A stretch of DNA of 64,000 bases. Source: Oscillibacter sp. GTDB taxonomy: Bacteria > Bacillota > Clostridia > Oscillospirales > Oscillospiraceae. Shown here one piece after another: positions 36,904 to 45,277 of the stretch (its first letter is position 1; every line of letters begins with the position of its first letter). Location of the stretch: positions 38,607 to 102,606 of the forward strand of contig DNFA01000015.1 in NCBI GenBank assembly GCA_003487665.1. The letters are read 5' to 3'. Position numbers and translations under genes: made by a program. The notes beneath the pieces were generated by a model. That model was not told where the DNA came from. It ran no database searches and was given only the letters and a program-made list of their open reading frames with translations.

Positions 36904-37232
36904 TTTGCCGCCTCCTTCATCATGTTCGGAAGTTCGTACTGCACGAAGTCATCGGCCAAACAAGTCGCCTCTTCCTCAAGCTCGTCGGCCCATCCGCTCA
37001 GGTACTCCTTTCGAGCGGCCGTGTTCGTCCAATTTTCTTTTCTCAACCCAGCGGATGCGAGAACAATGTAGCCGTCTGCTCCCACACCGTACAGTTGAGA
37101 GCCGTGCTTTTGCTCCCACTCAATCTCCGCGTCGATGGTTTCCGCATCAGCCTTGATGATGTACTCGACCACCGAATGGTCGAAATCGTATCGGAACAGC
37201 TTGCCGCTGACCTTGACCGGATTGCTCTTCAC
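36900..37232 (-). CDS. Hypothetical protein
   Basis: GTGA coupling, AGGAGG RBS. Confidence 0.6.
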   Translation of the reverse strand: MKSNPVKVSGKLFRYDFDHSVVEYIIKADAETIDAEIEWEQKHGSQLYGVGADGYIVLASAGLRKENWTNTAARKEYLSGWADELEEEATCLADDFVQYELPNMMKEAAK

Positions 37233-37489
37233 AGGTTGTACGCCTCCTTGCCCGCTTTCCATTCCTTCATGAAGTCCTTGTAGTCTTCCTTGCCATCCAC
37301 GGCCACTTCCGCCCAGAGGAACCCCGGTTCTCCAAAGATGCCGAAGTCGTAGCCCGTCTCCTCCAGAATTGCTACCACCTTGCCTTCCTCTTCTTCGGTG
37401 AAAGAGATAATTGCCGCCGGTTCAAGCGGTCTCACCAGCTTGTCGCCGAAGGAGTTCACCGTCTGGCGTCCCTTGTACTGCACGTTCAT
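37229..37489 (-). CDS. Hypothetical protein
   Basis: AGGAGG RBS. Confidence 0.65.
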   Translation of the reverse strand: MNVQYKGRQTVNSFGDKLVRPLEPAAIISFTEEEEGKVVAILEETGYDFGIFGEPGFLWAEVAVDGKEDYKDFMKEWKAGKEAYNL

Positions 37490-37505
37490 GTTCTTGCCTC
37501 CTGCC

Positions 37506-37829
37506 TCACATCTGAATTTCAAACCGGCTGAAATCATCGTTTGCTGTCAGCACGTACTCTTTACGGTTGACAGCCACGGGAACGCGCTCGCCGTCTCTAT
37601 ATGCTGACGTTTCCATGTAGCCAGCCCAGCGGTCTTCGCTCTCTTTGCGGGTCAGGGTCACGCGAGCATGGGGAGAAACGCTCAGCATATTCTCGGCTTC
37701 ATACACGGTGAACGCCGTCATGTGGCGCCCCTCAGCCTTGAGCTGCTTTGCAAGCTCTCTGGTGTTGTCGCTTGCAGCGGTCAGAGCGTCCAGCAGATCC
37801 ATGAGAGGATAGGTCTGGTTCAGCTTCAT
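37506..37829 (-). CDS. Hypothetical protein, first gene after promoter P3
   Basis: AGGAGG RBS. Confidence 0.7.
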   Translation of the reverse strand: MKLNQTYPLMDLLDALTAASDNTRELAKQLKAEGRHMTAFTVYEAENMLSVSPHARVTLTRKESEDRWAGYMETSAYRDGERVPVAVNRKEYVLTANDDFSRFEIQM

Positions 37830-37891
37830 AGTTGCCTCCTGATTTGCCGTCTGGCTTCTTTCAATTATCCATGTGGTTATCTTATGTGTTA

Positions 37892-37919
37892 ATTATACTT
37901 TATTACCTACCTATGTCAA
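37892..37919 (-). promoter_or_regulatory. Promoter P3
   Basis: TTGACA-taggtaggtaataaag-TATAAT; palindrome ACCTAT-GTCA-ATAGGT (37909-37924) over the -35. Confidence 0.85.
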
Positions 37920-37985
37920 TAGGTTTTTGCATATTTTTACGAATATTTTTACCGTATATCATTATATCCGTTTACGCTTTTGAAA

Positions 37986-38110
37986 CAAATTCAGAACCTT
38001 TCTGTACGGCCCGTAGATGGCCTCTGGCGGCGTTTTGGCGGAAGGGGTGAAAGTATATAAGGAAAGACGTAGCGCATCGTAGCGGTCTTGTAGGCGAATT
38101 TGGCGGTATG
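37986..38110 (+). repeat. Dispersed hairpin element, copy B
   Basis: Same five motifs as copy A, three of them at nearly identical spacing; CAAATTC/GAATTTG closing stem. Confidence 0.65.
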
Positions 38111-38146
38111 CTGGGGTCGTTGCGGAGAGAAACCTCCTGAAAACGC

Positions 38147-38188
38147 AAAAACACCCCCATCCCGGCCGAAGCCGAAATGGGGGTGTTC
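38147..38188 (-). terminator. Intrinsic terminator ending the late/lysis transcript
   Basis: ACACCCCCAT..ATGGGGGTGT stem plus T5. Confidence 0.8.
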
Positions 38189-38276
38189 AATCTATCCGCT
38201 ATGCAGTTGTCAGGGCCAGCGAGGGGGCGCAAGCCCTCTGCATGGCGGGCGTATCGGGCCGGAGGTCGAAGCCCGT

Positions 38277-38774
38277 TTACGCTTTCTTCAGGACAGCCTC
38301 CATGATGGCTCGCAGGATCTCGTCCTTGCGGGTCAGGCCGTCCAGCTCAATGCCGTATTCCTCCGCCTTCTTTTTCAGCTCGGGAACGGTCAGCTTGAGC
38401 AGCTCGATTGCGAGGTCAGCGGCGGCTACCGCAACATCAGTCTTCACCTCTTCGGGCGTCTTGACCACGCCTGCCTCGCTGTTCGCCTTGTATTCGTCGG
38501 CATACTTCCGCATCCAGTCGAAAATCGTCTGGGCGATGCTCTGAAGGCGCTCGGGGGTGAAGATTTTCTTCAGAGGGGCCGGGATCTTGACGTACAGGCC
38601 GTTGACGACCTGAGACATCTTTTCCGCGCCGGTCAGACCGGACGCCTCGGCCAGTGCAATGAGTTCGCTCACCGCACCGAGGACGTTGCCTCTGACCTTG
38701 AAGAAAAGCATGAAGCCGTAGGTGATCGCGCAGATGGCGACCACAATGATTTCGAGTACGCTGAGAAAATCCAT
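38277..38774 (-). CDS. Holin-like protein (LL-H type) with a C-terminal Rho_N/HeH-like domain
   Basis: N-terminal TM, AE..G.G.EK motif, position next to the endolysin. Confidence 0.6.
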   Translation of the reverse strand: MDFLSVLEIIVVAICAITYGFMLFFKVRGNVLGAVSELIALAEASGLTGAEKMSQVVNGLYVKIPAPLKKIFTPERLQSIAQTIFDWMRKYADEYKANSEAGVVKTPEEVKTDVAVAAADLAIELLKLTVPELKKKAEEYGIELDGLTRKDEILRAIMEAVLKKA

Positions 38775-38808
38775 TGCATTTTCCTCCTGACTTGCGGCTC
38801 AGGGCCGC

Positions 38809-38982
38809 TTAATATTGTTCCTGCTTCGGGTGCCGCTGGTCATACTCTGGACACGGAAAAGGCTCCGTGTCGTGGCATTTCTCGCAACACGCTTCGCAGA
38901 TAGGGCCATATTTCTGATTGTAGATGCACGGCTTGACCTCTACGATCTCTTTTCCGCAGACCGCGCATCTCAGGGTGCTCAC
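38809..38982 (-). CDS. 57-aa Cys-rich protein (not in the ORF track)
   Basis: GTGA overlap with the endolysin stop; CAVC..C..CEACCEKC..C. Confidence 0.5.
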   Translation of the reverse strand: MSTLRCAVCGKEIVEVKPCIYNQKYGPICEACCEKCHDTEPFPCPEYDQRHPKQEQY

Positions 38983-40484
38983 GACGGCAGCTTGAGCTTC
39001 TGGCCGGGACGGATCACGGTCGAACTCAAGCCGTTCAGCGTCATGATTTCCTTGTAGCGGTTGCCGTTGCCGAGACGCTTCTGGGCGATGCCCCAGAGAG
39101 AGTCGCCGGCGACCACCGTATAGACCGCCTGCTCCGCGCCAGAGTCGGCGCCGATGTCGGCAGCATTGACCCAGCCGTAGACGGTGCAGCCGCCGCCCTG
39201 ATTGACGAGGTGGTACGGGTGCTTCGCGCCCTTGGCGATACTCGTCACCTTGGCCTTGCCGGGTTTGCAGGGTACGCCGCTCGTCGCTTGGCTGCTGACG
39301 TAGTGCGTCTTGCCGTTGAACTGGACGATGTCACCGATCTTGTAGTCTGCGCCGCTTGTCTGACCGCCGGCGCTGGGCTTCGTCGGCGTGACGGGCGTGG
39401 CCGTTCCAGCGCCGTCGTACTTCGGGCGGCCATAGCCGACGATCTTCGCGCTGTTCAGCGCATAGCTGCGACGCGCACACTTGTTGCTGGTATTGCCCTC
39501 GATGGTGTAGACCTTCGAGGAATCTGCCTTCTCCACGAGGCCGGTGTGGGTGCAGTTGTCAATCGACGTTCCGAAGAAAATCTGATCGCCCACCTGCGGA
39601 TTGGACGTGAAGAACTGCCCTTTCTGCTTGTAATACTTCGCAGACCAAGTGCAGCCAGCGCCGCAGGAGCGCTCGGGCTGGCATAGCAGCCGCAGGGCGT
39701 TCTCATAGCCAAACGCGGTCACGAAGCACCAGTCCACGAACATATCGCACCATTCGTAGCCGTTCTTCTTGCCGTTGTACCACTTCGGGTACTTTTCGTC
39801 GAAGTCTCTGGCGTACTTTGTCCAGTTCGCACGACCGGGGTTGGCAGTCTTGTTGTCGAGCTGGCTGTTGGTCGCCTTTTCGACGTAGCCGAGTTCGCCG
39901 ATTGCGACGGCGACCACGGCGGAAGCGTAGCATTTGCTCACTCCAGACACTCCTTTCTGGGCCGTGGAGTCGGTGGCATACTTGTCGTAGAACTTCTGGC
40001 CGAAACCGGCGCGGCGGGTCTTCGCCGCCTCACTCTGGTCTGCCGGCCGCTCGAAGTTCAGCAGGACGCTATCGGATGCAGCCCGCACGGTCTTCGCCGT
40101 TTTCAGTGTCGAGATGACGACCGTGTAGCCTTGCAACTCGTTCCAGAGGAAATCGAGCTGCATCTCCAAGTCGCCGATGCTCTTGCCCTTCTTCTTGGCA
40201 AAGTCGAGCAGGTTCTTCTTCCGACTCCAATATGTCCACTGCGCCAGACCGTAGCCGGCGCTATCTTTCACGAAGTTCTGGTACGTCCCGTTGTCCACCG
40301 CAGCCGTGTAGGCGGCGTCGGTGAAGCTGAGGGACTTCTCGTAGCTGTTTTGCAGGTTGGTGGGAATCAGGCAGCTTTCCGCATACAAGTTCCCCATCAG
40401 ACCGGCAATCCCGCAATCAGGTAGTCCCTTGGCTTTCAGGTAGTTCCAGATCTTCTCTTCATTTGTGCTTCCAATCAGCGACAT
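38979..40484 (-). CDS. Endolysin: phage tail-type lysozyme + CHAP + LysM
   Basis: GLMGNLYAES, GYGLAQWT, FERPA; WCDMFV, HTGLV, IEGNT; YTVVAGDSLWGIA. Confidence 0.92.
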   Translation of the reverse strand: MSLIGSTNEEKIWNYLKAKGLPDCGIAGLMGNLYAESCLIPTNLQNSYEKSLSFTDAAYTAAVDNGTYQNFVKDSAGYGLAQWTYWSRKKNLLDFAKKKGKSIGDLEMQLDFLWNELQGYTVVISTLKTAKTVRAASDSVLLNFERPADQSEAAKTRRAGFGQKFYDKYATDSTAQKGVSGVSKCYASAVVAVAIGELGYVEKATNSQLDNKTANPGRANWTKYARDFDEKYPKWYNGKKNGYEWCDMFVDWCFVTAFGYENALRLLCQPERSCGAGCTWSAKYYKQKGQFFTSNPQVGDQIFFGTSIDNCTHTGLVEKADSSKVYTIEGNTSNKCARRSYALNSAKIVGYGRPKYDGAGTATPVTPTKPSAGGQTSGADYKIGDIVQFNGKTHYVSSQATSGVPCKPGKAKVTSIAKGAKHPYHLVNQGGGCTVYGWVNAADIGADSGAEQAVYTVVAGDSLWGIAQKRLGNGNRYKEIMTLNGLSSTVIRPGQKLKLPS

Positions 40485-40496
40485 TTCATGTCTCCT

Positions 40497-40943
40497 TTAC
40501 TGGTCGCGGTTCTTCTGTTCAGCGGTGAACGACGGCTCGAAGTCCTGCGCGGGCTGCTGTGCCTCGCGCTCCATTCTCTGCCGGTCTTCCTCCGCCCATT
40601 TCCGATCCTGCTGTTTATCCTTGGTGGTCTTGATCCAGCCCATAACGCCGCACTCGCCGCCGAGCAGGGCAAAGACGCACTGGCAGAGCGTGTCAGGGAT
40701 GCCGCCGGTCGTTTCATACAGCGTGAGCATACGGTGCGTGAACCAGACAAGCGATACGCCGATGATGACCAGAATCAAGTCCATCGTTTTGATGCCCTTC
40801 TTCTTCACGTTCATCTGCGGTTCAACGCGGCGCCGCGCCGTGCGATTGCGGATGCGCGACGCGATGTTGCTCACCAGCCACGAAATGACGACGCCAAGCA
40901 GGAAGCCGGCGGCGCAGAACAGGACGATATTCAGGACGCTCAT
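40497..40943 (-). CDS. Membrane protein (holin-like)
   Basis: 2-3 TM segments in the lysis cassette. Confidence 0.6.
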   Translation of the reverse strand: MSVLNIVLFCAAGFLLGVVISWLVSNIASRIRNRTARRRVEPQMNVKKKGIKTMDLILVIIGVSLVWFTHRMLTLYETTGGIPDTLCQCVFALLGGECGVMGWIKTTKDKQQDRKWAEEDRQRMEREAQQPAQDFEPSFTAEQKNRDQ

Positions 40944-40955
40944 ACGCCCGCCTCC

Positions 40956-41378
40956 TTACTTTTTCAGCGGCAGAGCATCGACACCCTCAACGATGATGTC
41001 TGCATCTCCGTTCCCGCCGAGTCCCTTGTGGTAGCAGTCGTGCATGGCGTGAAAGCGGCGTCTGTCGTCGTAGGAAATCTCTCCCTTGGCGATGTATCCC
41101 TGCCCGAGATAAAGTACCCTGTCGAGCAGGATCTGCTTCAGTGCCTCGGACTGAGCGGCATCGCTGCTACGAAGGCGCTTGATGTCCTCCTGCAAACCGG
41201 CGATCGTCTTTGTCAGTTCAGCGGTCTTATCCGCTTTCTCCTCCTCGCGGTCTTCCTTCGCCGCCTTTCGGCCAGCTTTGAACTTCCACCGTTCATTGAT
41301 GCCGTTGATAACGGCCGCTCCTGCCGCGCCGCCGGCCACAGCCATCAGCACGGCGGTCAAGATTTCTCCGATATTCAT
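40956..41378 (-). CDS. Holin-associated membrane protein
   Basis: N-terminal TM, coiled coil, YH.GLGGNG motif. Confidence 0.65.
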   Translation of the reverse strand: MNIGEILTAVLMAVAGGAAGAAVINGINERWKFKAGRKAAKEDREEEKADKTAELTKTIAGLQEDIKRLRSSDAAQSEALKQILLDRVLYLGQGYIAKGEISYDDRRRFHAMHDCYHKGLGGNGDADIIVEGVDALPLKK

Positions 41379-41476
41379 ACTCTCGTACCTCTCTCAACAG
41401 TTTCTTGGTTTGGACTCGCTCTTCGCCGGTGAACCGGGTAACTGCATGGCGAGAGGCATCCAGATTGCGTTCATGT

Positions 41477-41509
41477 AAAACGGGAGCCGGTCAGAACGAC
41501 CGGCTCCCG
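41477..41509 (-). terminator. Intrinsic terminator
   Basis: CGGGAGCCGGTC/GACCGGCTCCCG stem plus T4. Confidence 0.8.
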
Positions 41510-41520
41510 CCGCTGGGAGG

Positions 41521-41637
41521 TCAGATCTCCACCTCACAGGCTTCCAGGATCTCCTCGACCTGCTTACGCAGGCGAGCGGGCACCTGGTCGATGGTCTTCT
41601 TGCCCTTGATAATCAGGGTAGCGTACACAACAGCCAT
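41521..41637 (-). CDS. CD1375-like small protein (38 aa)
   Basis: MAVVYATLIIKGKKTIDQVPARLRKQVEEIL; AAAGGAGG RBS. Confidence 0.8.
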   Translation of the reverse strand: MAVVYATLIIKGKKTIDQVPARLRKQVEEILEACEVEI

Positions 41638-41690
41638 TTCGTCTTCCTCCTTTCTCAGCAGATATTTAAGACAAAACTCGCGGAGGGCGC

Positions 41691-41801
41691 TCATACGGCG
41701 TCCTCTGCGAGCAGAGCCTCCACGGCTGCCCGGAGCCTCTCCGGGACATCTTCGATGGTCTTCTCACCCTTGCGAATCAGGGTCGCGTAAATTCTTGCCA
41801 T
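41691..41801 (-). CDS. CD1375-like small protein (36 aa)
   Basis: MARIYATLIRKGEKTIEDVPERLRAAVEALL; GGAGG RBS. Confidence 0.8.
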   Translation of the reverse strand: MARIYATLIRKGEKTIEDVPERLRAAVEALLAEDAV

Positions 41802-41805
41802 AGCT

Positions 41806-42387
41806 TTATCCCTCCGTAGCCGAAGTCGCTGCGATGACCTGCTCGTAGACATCGCACAATGCCATCTGAGTTTCGGTCATCTGGTTCTCCAGAGACGAGA
41901 TCTTATCCGCAAACGCACCGTCGCTGACCGCGGTGGTGATACTGGTGAGCTGCGCCGTCGCGGCGTCGAGGATCGTCTTCATCTGCGCGGTCAGGTCTTC
42001 CGGCAGGTTGTCGCCATACTGGATGGCGCCAATGACGGCATTGTCCGTCTCGCGCTTAATCCACTTCTTCAGGAGGTTGCAGTAGGTCGTGTGCTTCGTG
42101 ACGTAGTTCTTGTAAGCTGCGTACAACACAACCACATCGGCGGCAGAATAGGTCTTGACCTCCCCACCGTCACAGTGATACTGCTGCTCCTTTGCGCCGA
42201 GGGTGACGGCGGTAAACATGGATTCGATATTCGCCTGATCGTGCGTCTCCAGAGAGAAATGCTCCGTCCCACCGCTCAGTTCTACGTCGATACCGGCGTA
42301 GATCTTCTGCTGGCAGGTTTCGTTCGCCATGCTGAGCTGCTTCTCGGACAGCGTCAGCAGGTCATCCTTTCTCCATACGAGTCCCAT
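41806..42387 (-). CDS. Tail-fibre-associated protein (DUF4376-like / chaperone)
   Basis: CQQKIYAGIDV..HFSL..DQANI..YHCDG; follows the DGR target. Confidence 0.6.
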   Translation of the reverse strand: MGLVWRKDDLLTLSEKQLSMANETCQQKIYAGIDVELSGGTEHFSLETHDQANIESMFTAVTLGAKEQQYHCDGGEVKTYSAADVVVLYAAYKNYVTKHTTYCNLLKKWIKRETDNAVIGAIQYGDNLPEDLTAQMKTILDAATAQLTSITTAVSDGAFADKISSLENQMTETQMALCDVYEQVIAATSATEG

Positions 42388-42399
42388 GACTTTCCCTCC

Positions 42400-43677
42400 T
42401 TACTGGAACGCGCCACTCACGCCGGAGATATATCCGCCGGCGGATGTGCCGCGCTCCACAGTGATGCGGAAGTTGAACGCAGCGCCGTTTACCGCGGTCT
42501 TATTCTTGAACACGATGTTGGCGCCGCTCTTGACCTCCGCCGTGACATCCTGCCACACCGGGCTGGTGTCCTTCGCGTTGTTGGTTGCCTCGACCTTGTA
42601 GACCGCGCCGGCCGGGATCTGCCCCACGACCGACATGACCGCCGCCGTGATGTCGCCGGACACCGCCAGCGGCGTCTTCAGCGTGATGGTCGCCTTGTGG
42701 ACGGCTTTCGTGAAGGTGGCCGTGAAGGTCGCACTCGCCTTGCCGTCGCTCACTTCGATGGTGATGGTGTGCGTTCCGTTCAGGATCTTCTGGAACTCTG
42801 CCGCGGTGCTGGCACACTCGAAGGTGAGCTGCGTACCGCTGGTGACATTCGTGCGCGTCTTCTTCACGGCACCGTCCAGCTTTTCCGTGACCGTCAACTT
42901 GTCGCCGTCGGCATCGTTGGGCGTGTACTTGAAGCTGAACGCCGCCGTCTTACTGCCGAGGTTCACGCCACTCGCACCGCTGGTACTGGTGATAGTCGGG
43001 GGCGTATTCGTAGATACGGTGCCGTCATCAGAGACCAAGAGTGTAGAGGGAAGAATCAAAGCGGGGCGGATGCCGTACGAATTGGATGCGTTGTCGTAGT
43101 AGTAGTCGCCATTGGAGTAGACGTACCACACGCTGCTGGTGTAGTTGGTGTACGGGGAGCGGAGCCACCAGTAGGCGGCCGAGCCGTTCAGGTTCGCAAT
43201 ACGCTTATTGTTGGCGGACGTGCCGGTCCCAGACTCAAAGTAGGACAGCTTCGCGCCATCCACCGGGAAGTAGCTGTAGTCGCTGGTCGTCCAGCCTACT
43301 TCGTAACCCGACAGCAGGAAGATCTTCGCGGACAGGCCGTTCGCGCCGCTCTGGTCGGTGCCGCCAGAGCCGCCGTTCTTGCGGTACGGGATCTTCACCT
43401 GCTTGATGGCATCCCTGATGTTGCTCTCAAACAGGTTCAGGAACGTGTTGTTCAGGTAGGTGTGGATGTCGCTGCTTTCGTACTTGTTGATGTTTCCGCT
43501 CTGCCAGACGCGGTTCTCGTAGATGTCCTTCATCAACAGCCAAGTGCCGTTGCAAGAGTCATCGTACAGAGAACTCGGCTTGCCCTGATGGACAACGATG
43601 AACTCTTTTGCCGTACCGTTGACTTTCAGCTTGACGGTGCTGCCGACGGCCTTGGTGCTCAAAAGCACATTTGCCAT
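42400..43677 (-). CDS. DGR target protein: N-terminal DUF6273/CLec-like domain with VR, followed by Ig-like beta domains; probable receptor-binding protein
   Basis: KIFLLSGYEVG, YWWLRSP..GIRPAL; contains the VR. Confidence 0.9.
   Translation of the reverse strand: MANVLLSTKAVGSTVKLKVNGTAKEFIVVHQGKPSSLYDDSCNGTWLLMKDIYENRVWQSGNINKYESSDIHTYLNNTFLNLFESNIRDAIKQVKIPYRKNGGSGGTDQSGANGLSAKIFLLSGYEVGWTTSDYSYFPVDGAKLSYFESGTGTSANNKRIANLNGSAAYWWLRSPYTNYTSSVWYVYSNGDYYYDNASNSYGIRPALILPSTLLVSDDGTVSTNTPPTITSTSGASGVNLGSKTAAFSFKYTPNDADGDKLTVTEKLDGAVKKTRTNVTSGTQLTFECASTAAEFQKILNGTHTITIEVSDGKASATFTATFTKAVHKATITLKTPLAVSGDITAAVMSVVGQIPAGAVYKVEATNNAKDTSPVWQDVTAEVKSGANIVFKNKTAVNGAAFNFRITVERGTSAGGYISGVSGAFQ
43055..43182 (-). 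repeat. DGR variable repeat (VR)
   Basis: 128 nt, 114 identical to TR; 12 of 14 differences at TR adenines. Confidence 0.97.
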
Positions 43678-43701
43678 TTCGTTTTTCCTCCTTGATAAGA
43701 G

Positions 43702-44907
43702 TTAAGAGTCAGCCCACGGAGGAACGTCCGTGGGGCGTTGGGCATAAGAAAAGGAGCCGGATTTCTCCGTCTCCCTGTTCTGATGCTGTTTCTTGTAGAG
43801 GTTGCGGCATTGGCGAAGCCTTCGCTTATCGCGTACCGCACGGTTTCCGTTGAGTTTCCGGTGGATCTCCACCGGCTCACCGATGATAGCCTCCACCTTC
43901 TTTGCGTATTTCGCCCGCAGCTCGTGCGTATCGCCGTATGCCGCGTGTGCGTCCCACGCTCCGAAACTCTGGAGGATAGCGTCCTTCGTAACCTCGCCGC
44001 GCTTGTAGGCTTCCTCCCAGAACTTCACCTTCGCACGGATTCGCTGGATGCTGTCCCGTCGAAGTTTCTGGATGATGCCACCGCTTTCGGTAATGTACGA
44101 ATGGAAGCCGAGGAAGTCGATGCCGTTCCTCAGCGGAAAGATGCCAGTCTTCTGGTTCAGCTCCAAGCCCCAGCCGTCCATCAGCGCCCGAATGTCCTTC
44201 AGGATCTCCTTCAACCGCTGTTTGTCTGAGAGGATGACGTAGAAGTCATCCATGTATCGCCCGTAATACTTCAGGCGGTATTTCTCTTTCATCAGGTGGT
44301 CGAACTCGTCCAGAAACATCAGAGCGAGTAGCTGGCTGGTCTGGTAGCCGAGGGGCAGCCCGTCGGTCGTATTGATGTAGACGCACAGCAGGTCATAGAT
44401 CTGCGGGTCTACGCCACGCTTATCGAGCAGCGCCTTCAGTTTGCGTTTCAGCTTGTCGTGGTCGATGCTGGCAAAGAAGTGATGCACGTCTCCTTTGAGA
44501 ATCCACCCATCGGTTCCGCGCATTTCTCGCCGGTAGTAATCGACCATGTGCTGCTTCAGCCGCATCAAACCATCGTTGGTGCCTTTGCCGGTCTGACTGG
44601 CGAAATTGTCCCGAATGAAGCTCTTCGTGATGGCTTCGTACAGGATGTTGTCCACGACCGCGTGGAGGACGACTTTGTCCACGAACGCGGGTGCTTGGAC
44701 GAGCCGCTTCTTCGGCTCATAGACATAAAACACCTCAAACCTGCTCGGAACGTAGGTCTTGGTGTGCAGGATCGTTGACAGCTTCTCGGTGCAGGCCAGA
44801 ACATTTTGCTCGTACTGAGCCGTTCCGGGCTTTGACCGTTTCCGCTTTCTGGCCTCCAAGTAAGCTGCGTACAGCGTTTCAAAGCTGCACATCTCTTGAT
44901 AGGTCAT
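43702..44907 (-). CDS. DGR reverse transcriptase
   Basis: YEPKKR, LKGDVHHFF, GLPLGYQTSQ, RYMDDF, GIDFLG; start MTYQEM inferred. Confidence 0.95.
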   Translation of the reverse strand: MTYQEMCSFETLYAAYLEARKRKRSKPGTAQYEQNVLACTEKLSTILHTKTYVPSRFEVFYVYEPKKRLVQAPAFVDKVVLHAVVDNILYEAITKSFIRDNFASQTGKGTNDGLMRLKQHMVDYYRREMRGTDGWILKGDVHHFFASIDHDKLKRKLKALLDKRGVDPQIYDLLCVYINTTDGLPLGYQTSQLLALMFLDEFDHLMKEKYRLKYYGRYMDDFYVILSDKQRLKEILKDIRALMDGWGLELNQKTGIFPLRNGIDFLGFHSYITESGGIIQKLRRDSIQRIRAKVKFWEEAYKRGEVTKDAILQSFGAWDAHAAYGDTHELRAKYAKKVEAIIGEPVEIHRKLNGNRAVRDKRRLRQCRNLYKKQHQNRETEKSGSFSYAQRPTDVPPWADS

Positions 44908-45149
44908 AAACTCGCTTCTTTGCTGTTGTTGCTTCCTCTGGTCTGGGTATAGGGCAAGCTCCAGACCAGCCATCACTCCTAACACCGGTCGTCTTGCCCC
45001 CGGCAGCCGCAGCATCCAAGTCGGGATGGCGAGCCTCGGTGTGATGTGTTTATCGTCCATCCATGCACAGACGGGCGACAGGATATGACTCCCTTTGATG
45101 ATGGTGTACTGTGTTCGTCCCATCGGAGGGATTACTAATCTCACTTTCC

Positions 45150-45277
45150 ATCAGAGCGGGGCGGATGCCGTTCGAGTTGGATGCGTTGTTGTTGTTGTAG
45201 TTGCCATTGGAGTTGACGTTCCACACGTTGTTGGTGTTGTTGGTGTTCGGGGAGCGGAGCCACCAGTTGGCGGCCGA
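45150..45277 (-). repeat. DGR template repeat (TR)
   Basis: Non-coding, between avd and RT; 15 AAC plus 1 AAT codons in the VR frame. Confidence 0.97.

Noticed and set aside
42995..43025. Hairpin downstream of VR (CGTAT/ATACG)
   Set aside because: A 5-bp AT-rich stem is too weak to call the DGR cruciform
43702..44907. Group II intron, retron or CRISPR-associated RT
   Set aside because: The TR/VR pair with adenine-specific differences, the avd neighbour and the SQ motif identify a DGR; no intron domain V or cas genes seen
44908..45144. 79-aa N-terminal extension of the RT in the ORF track
   Set aside because: RT-like sequence begins at MTYQEM (44907); the upstream part is the structured TR-RT spacer
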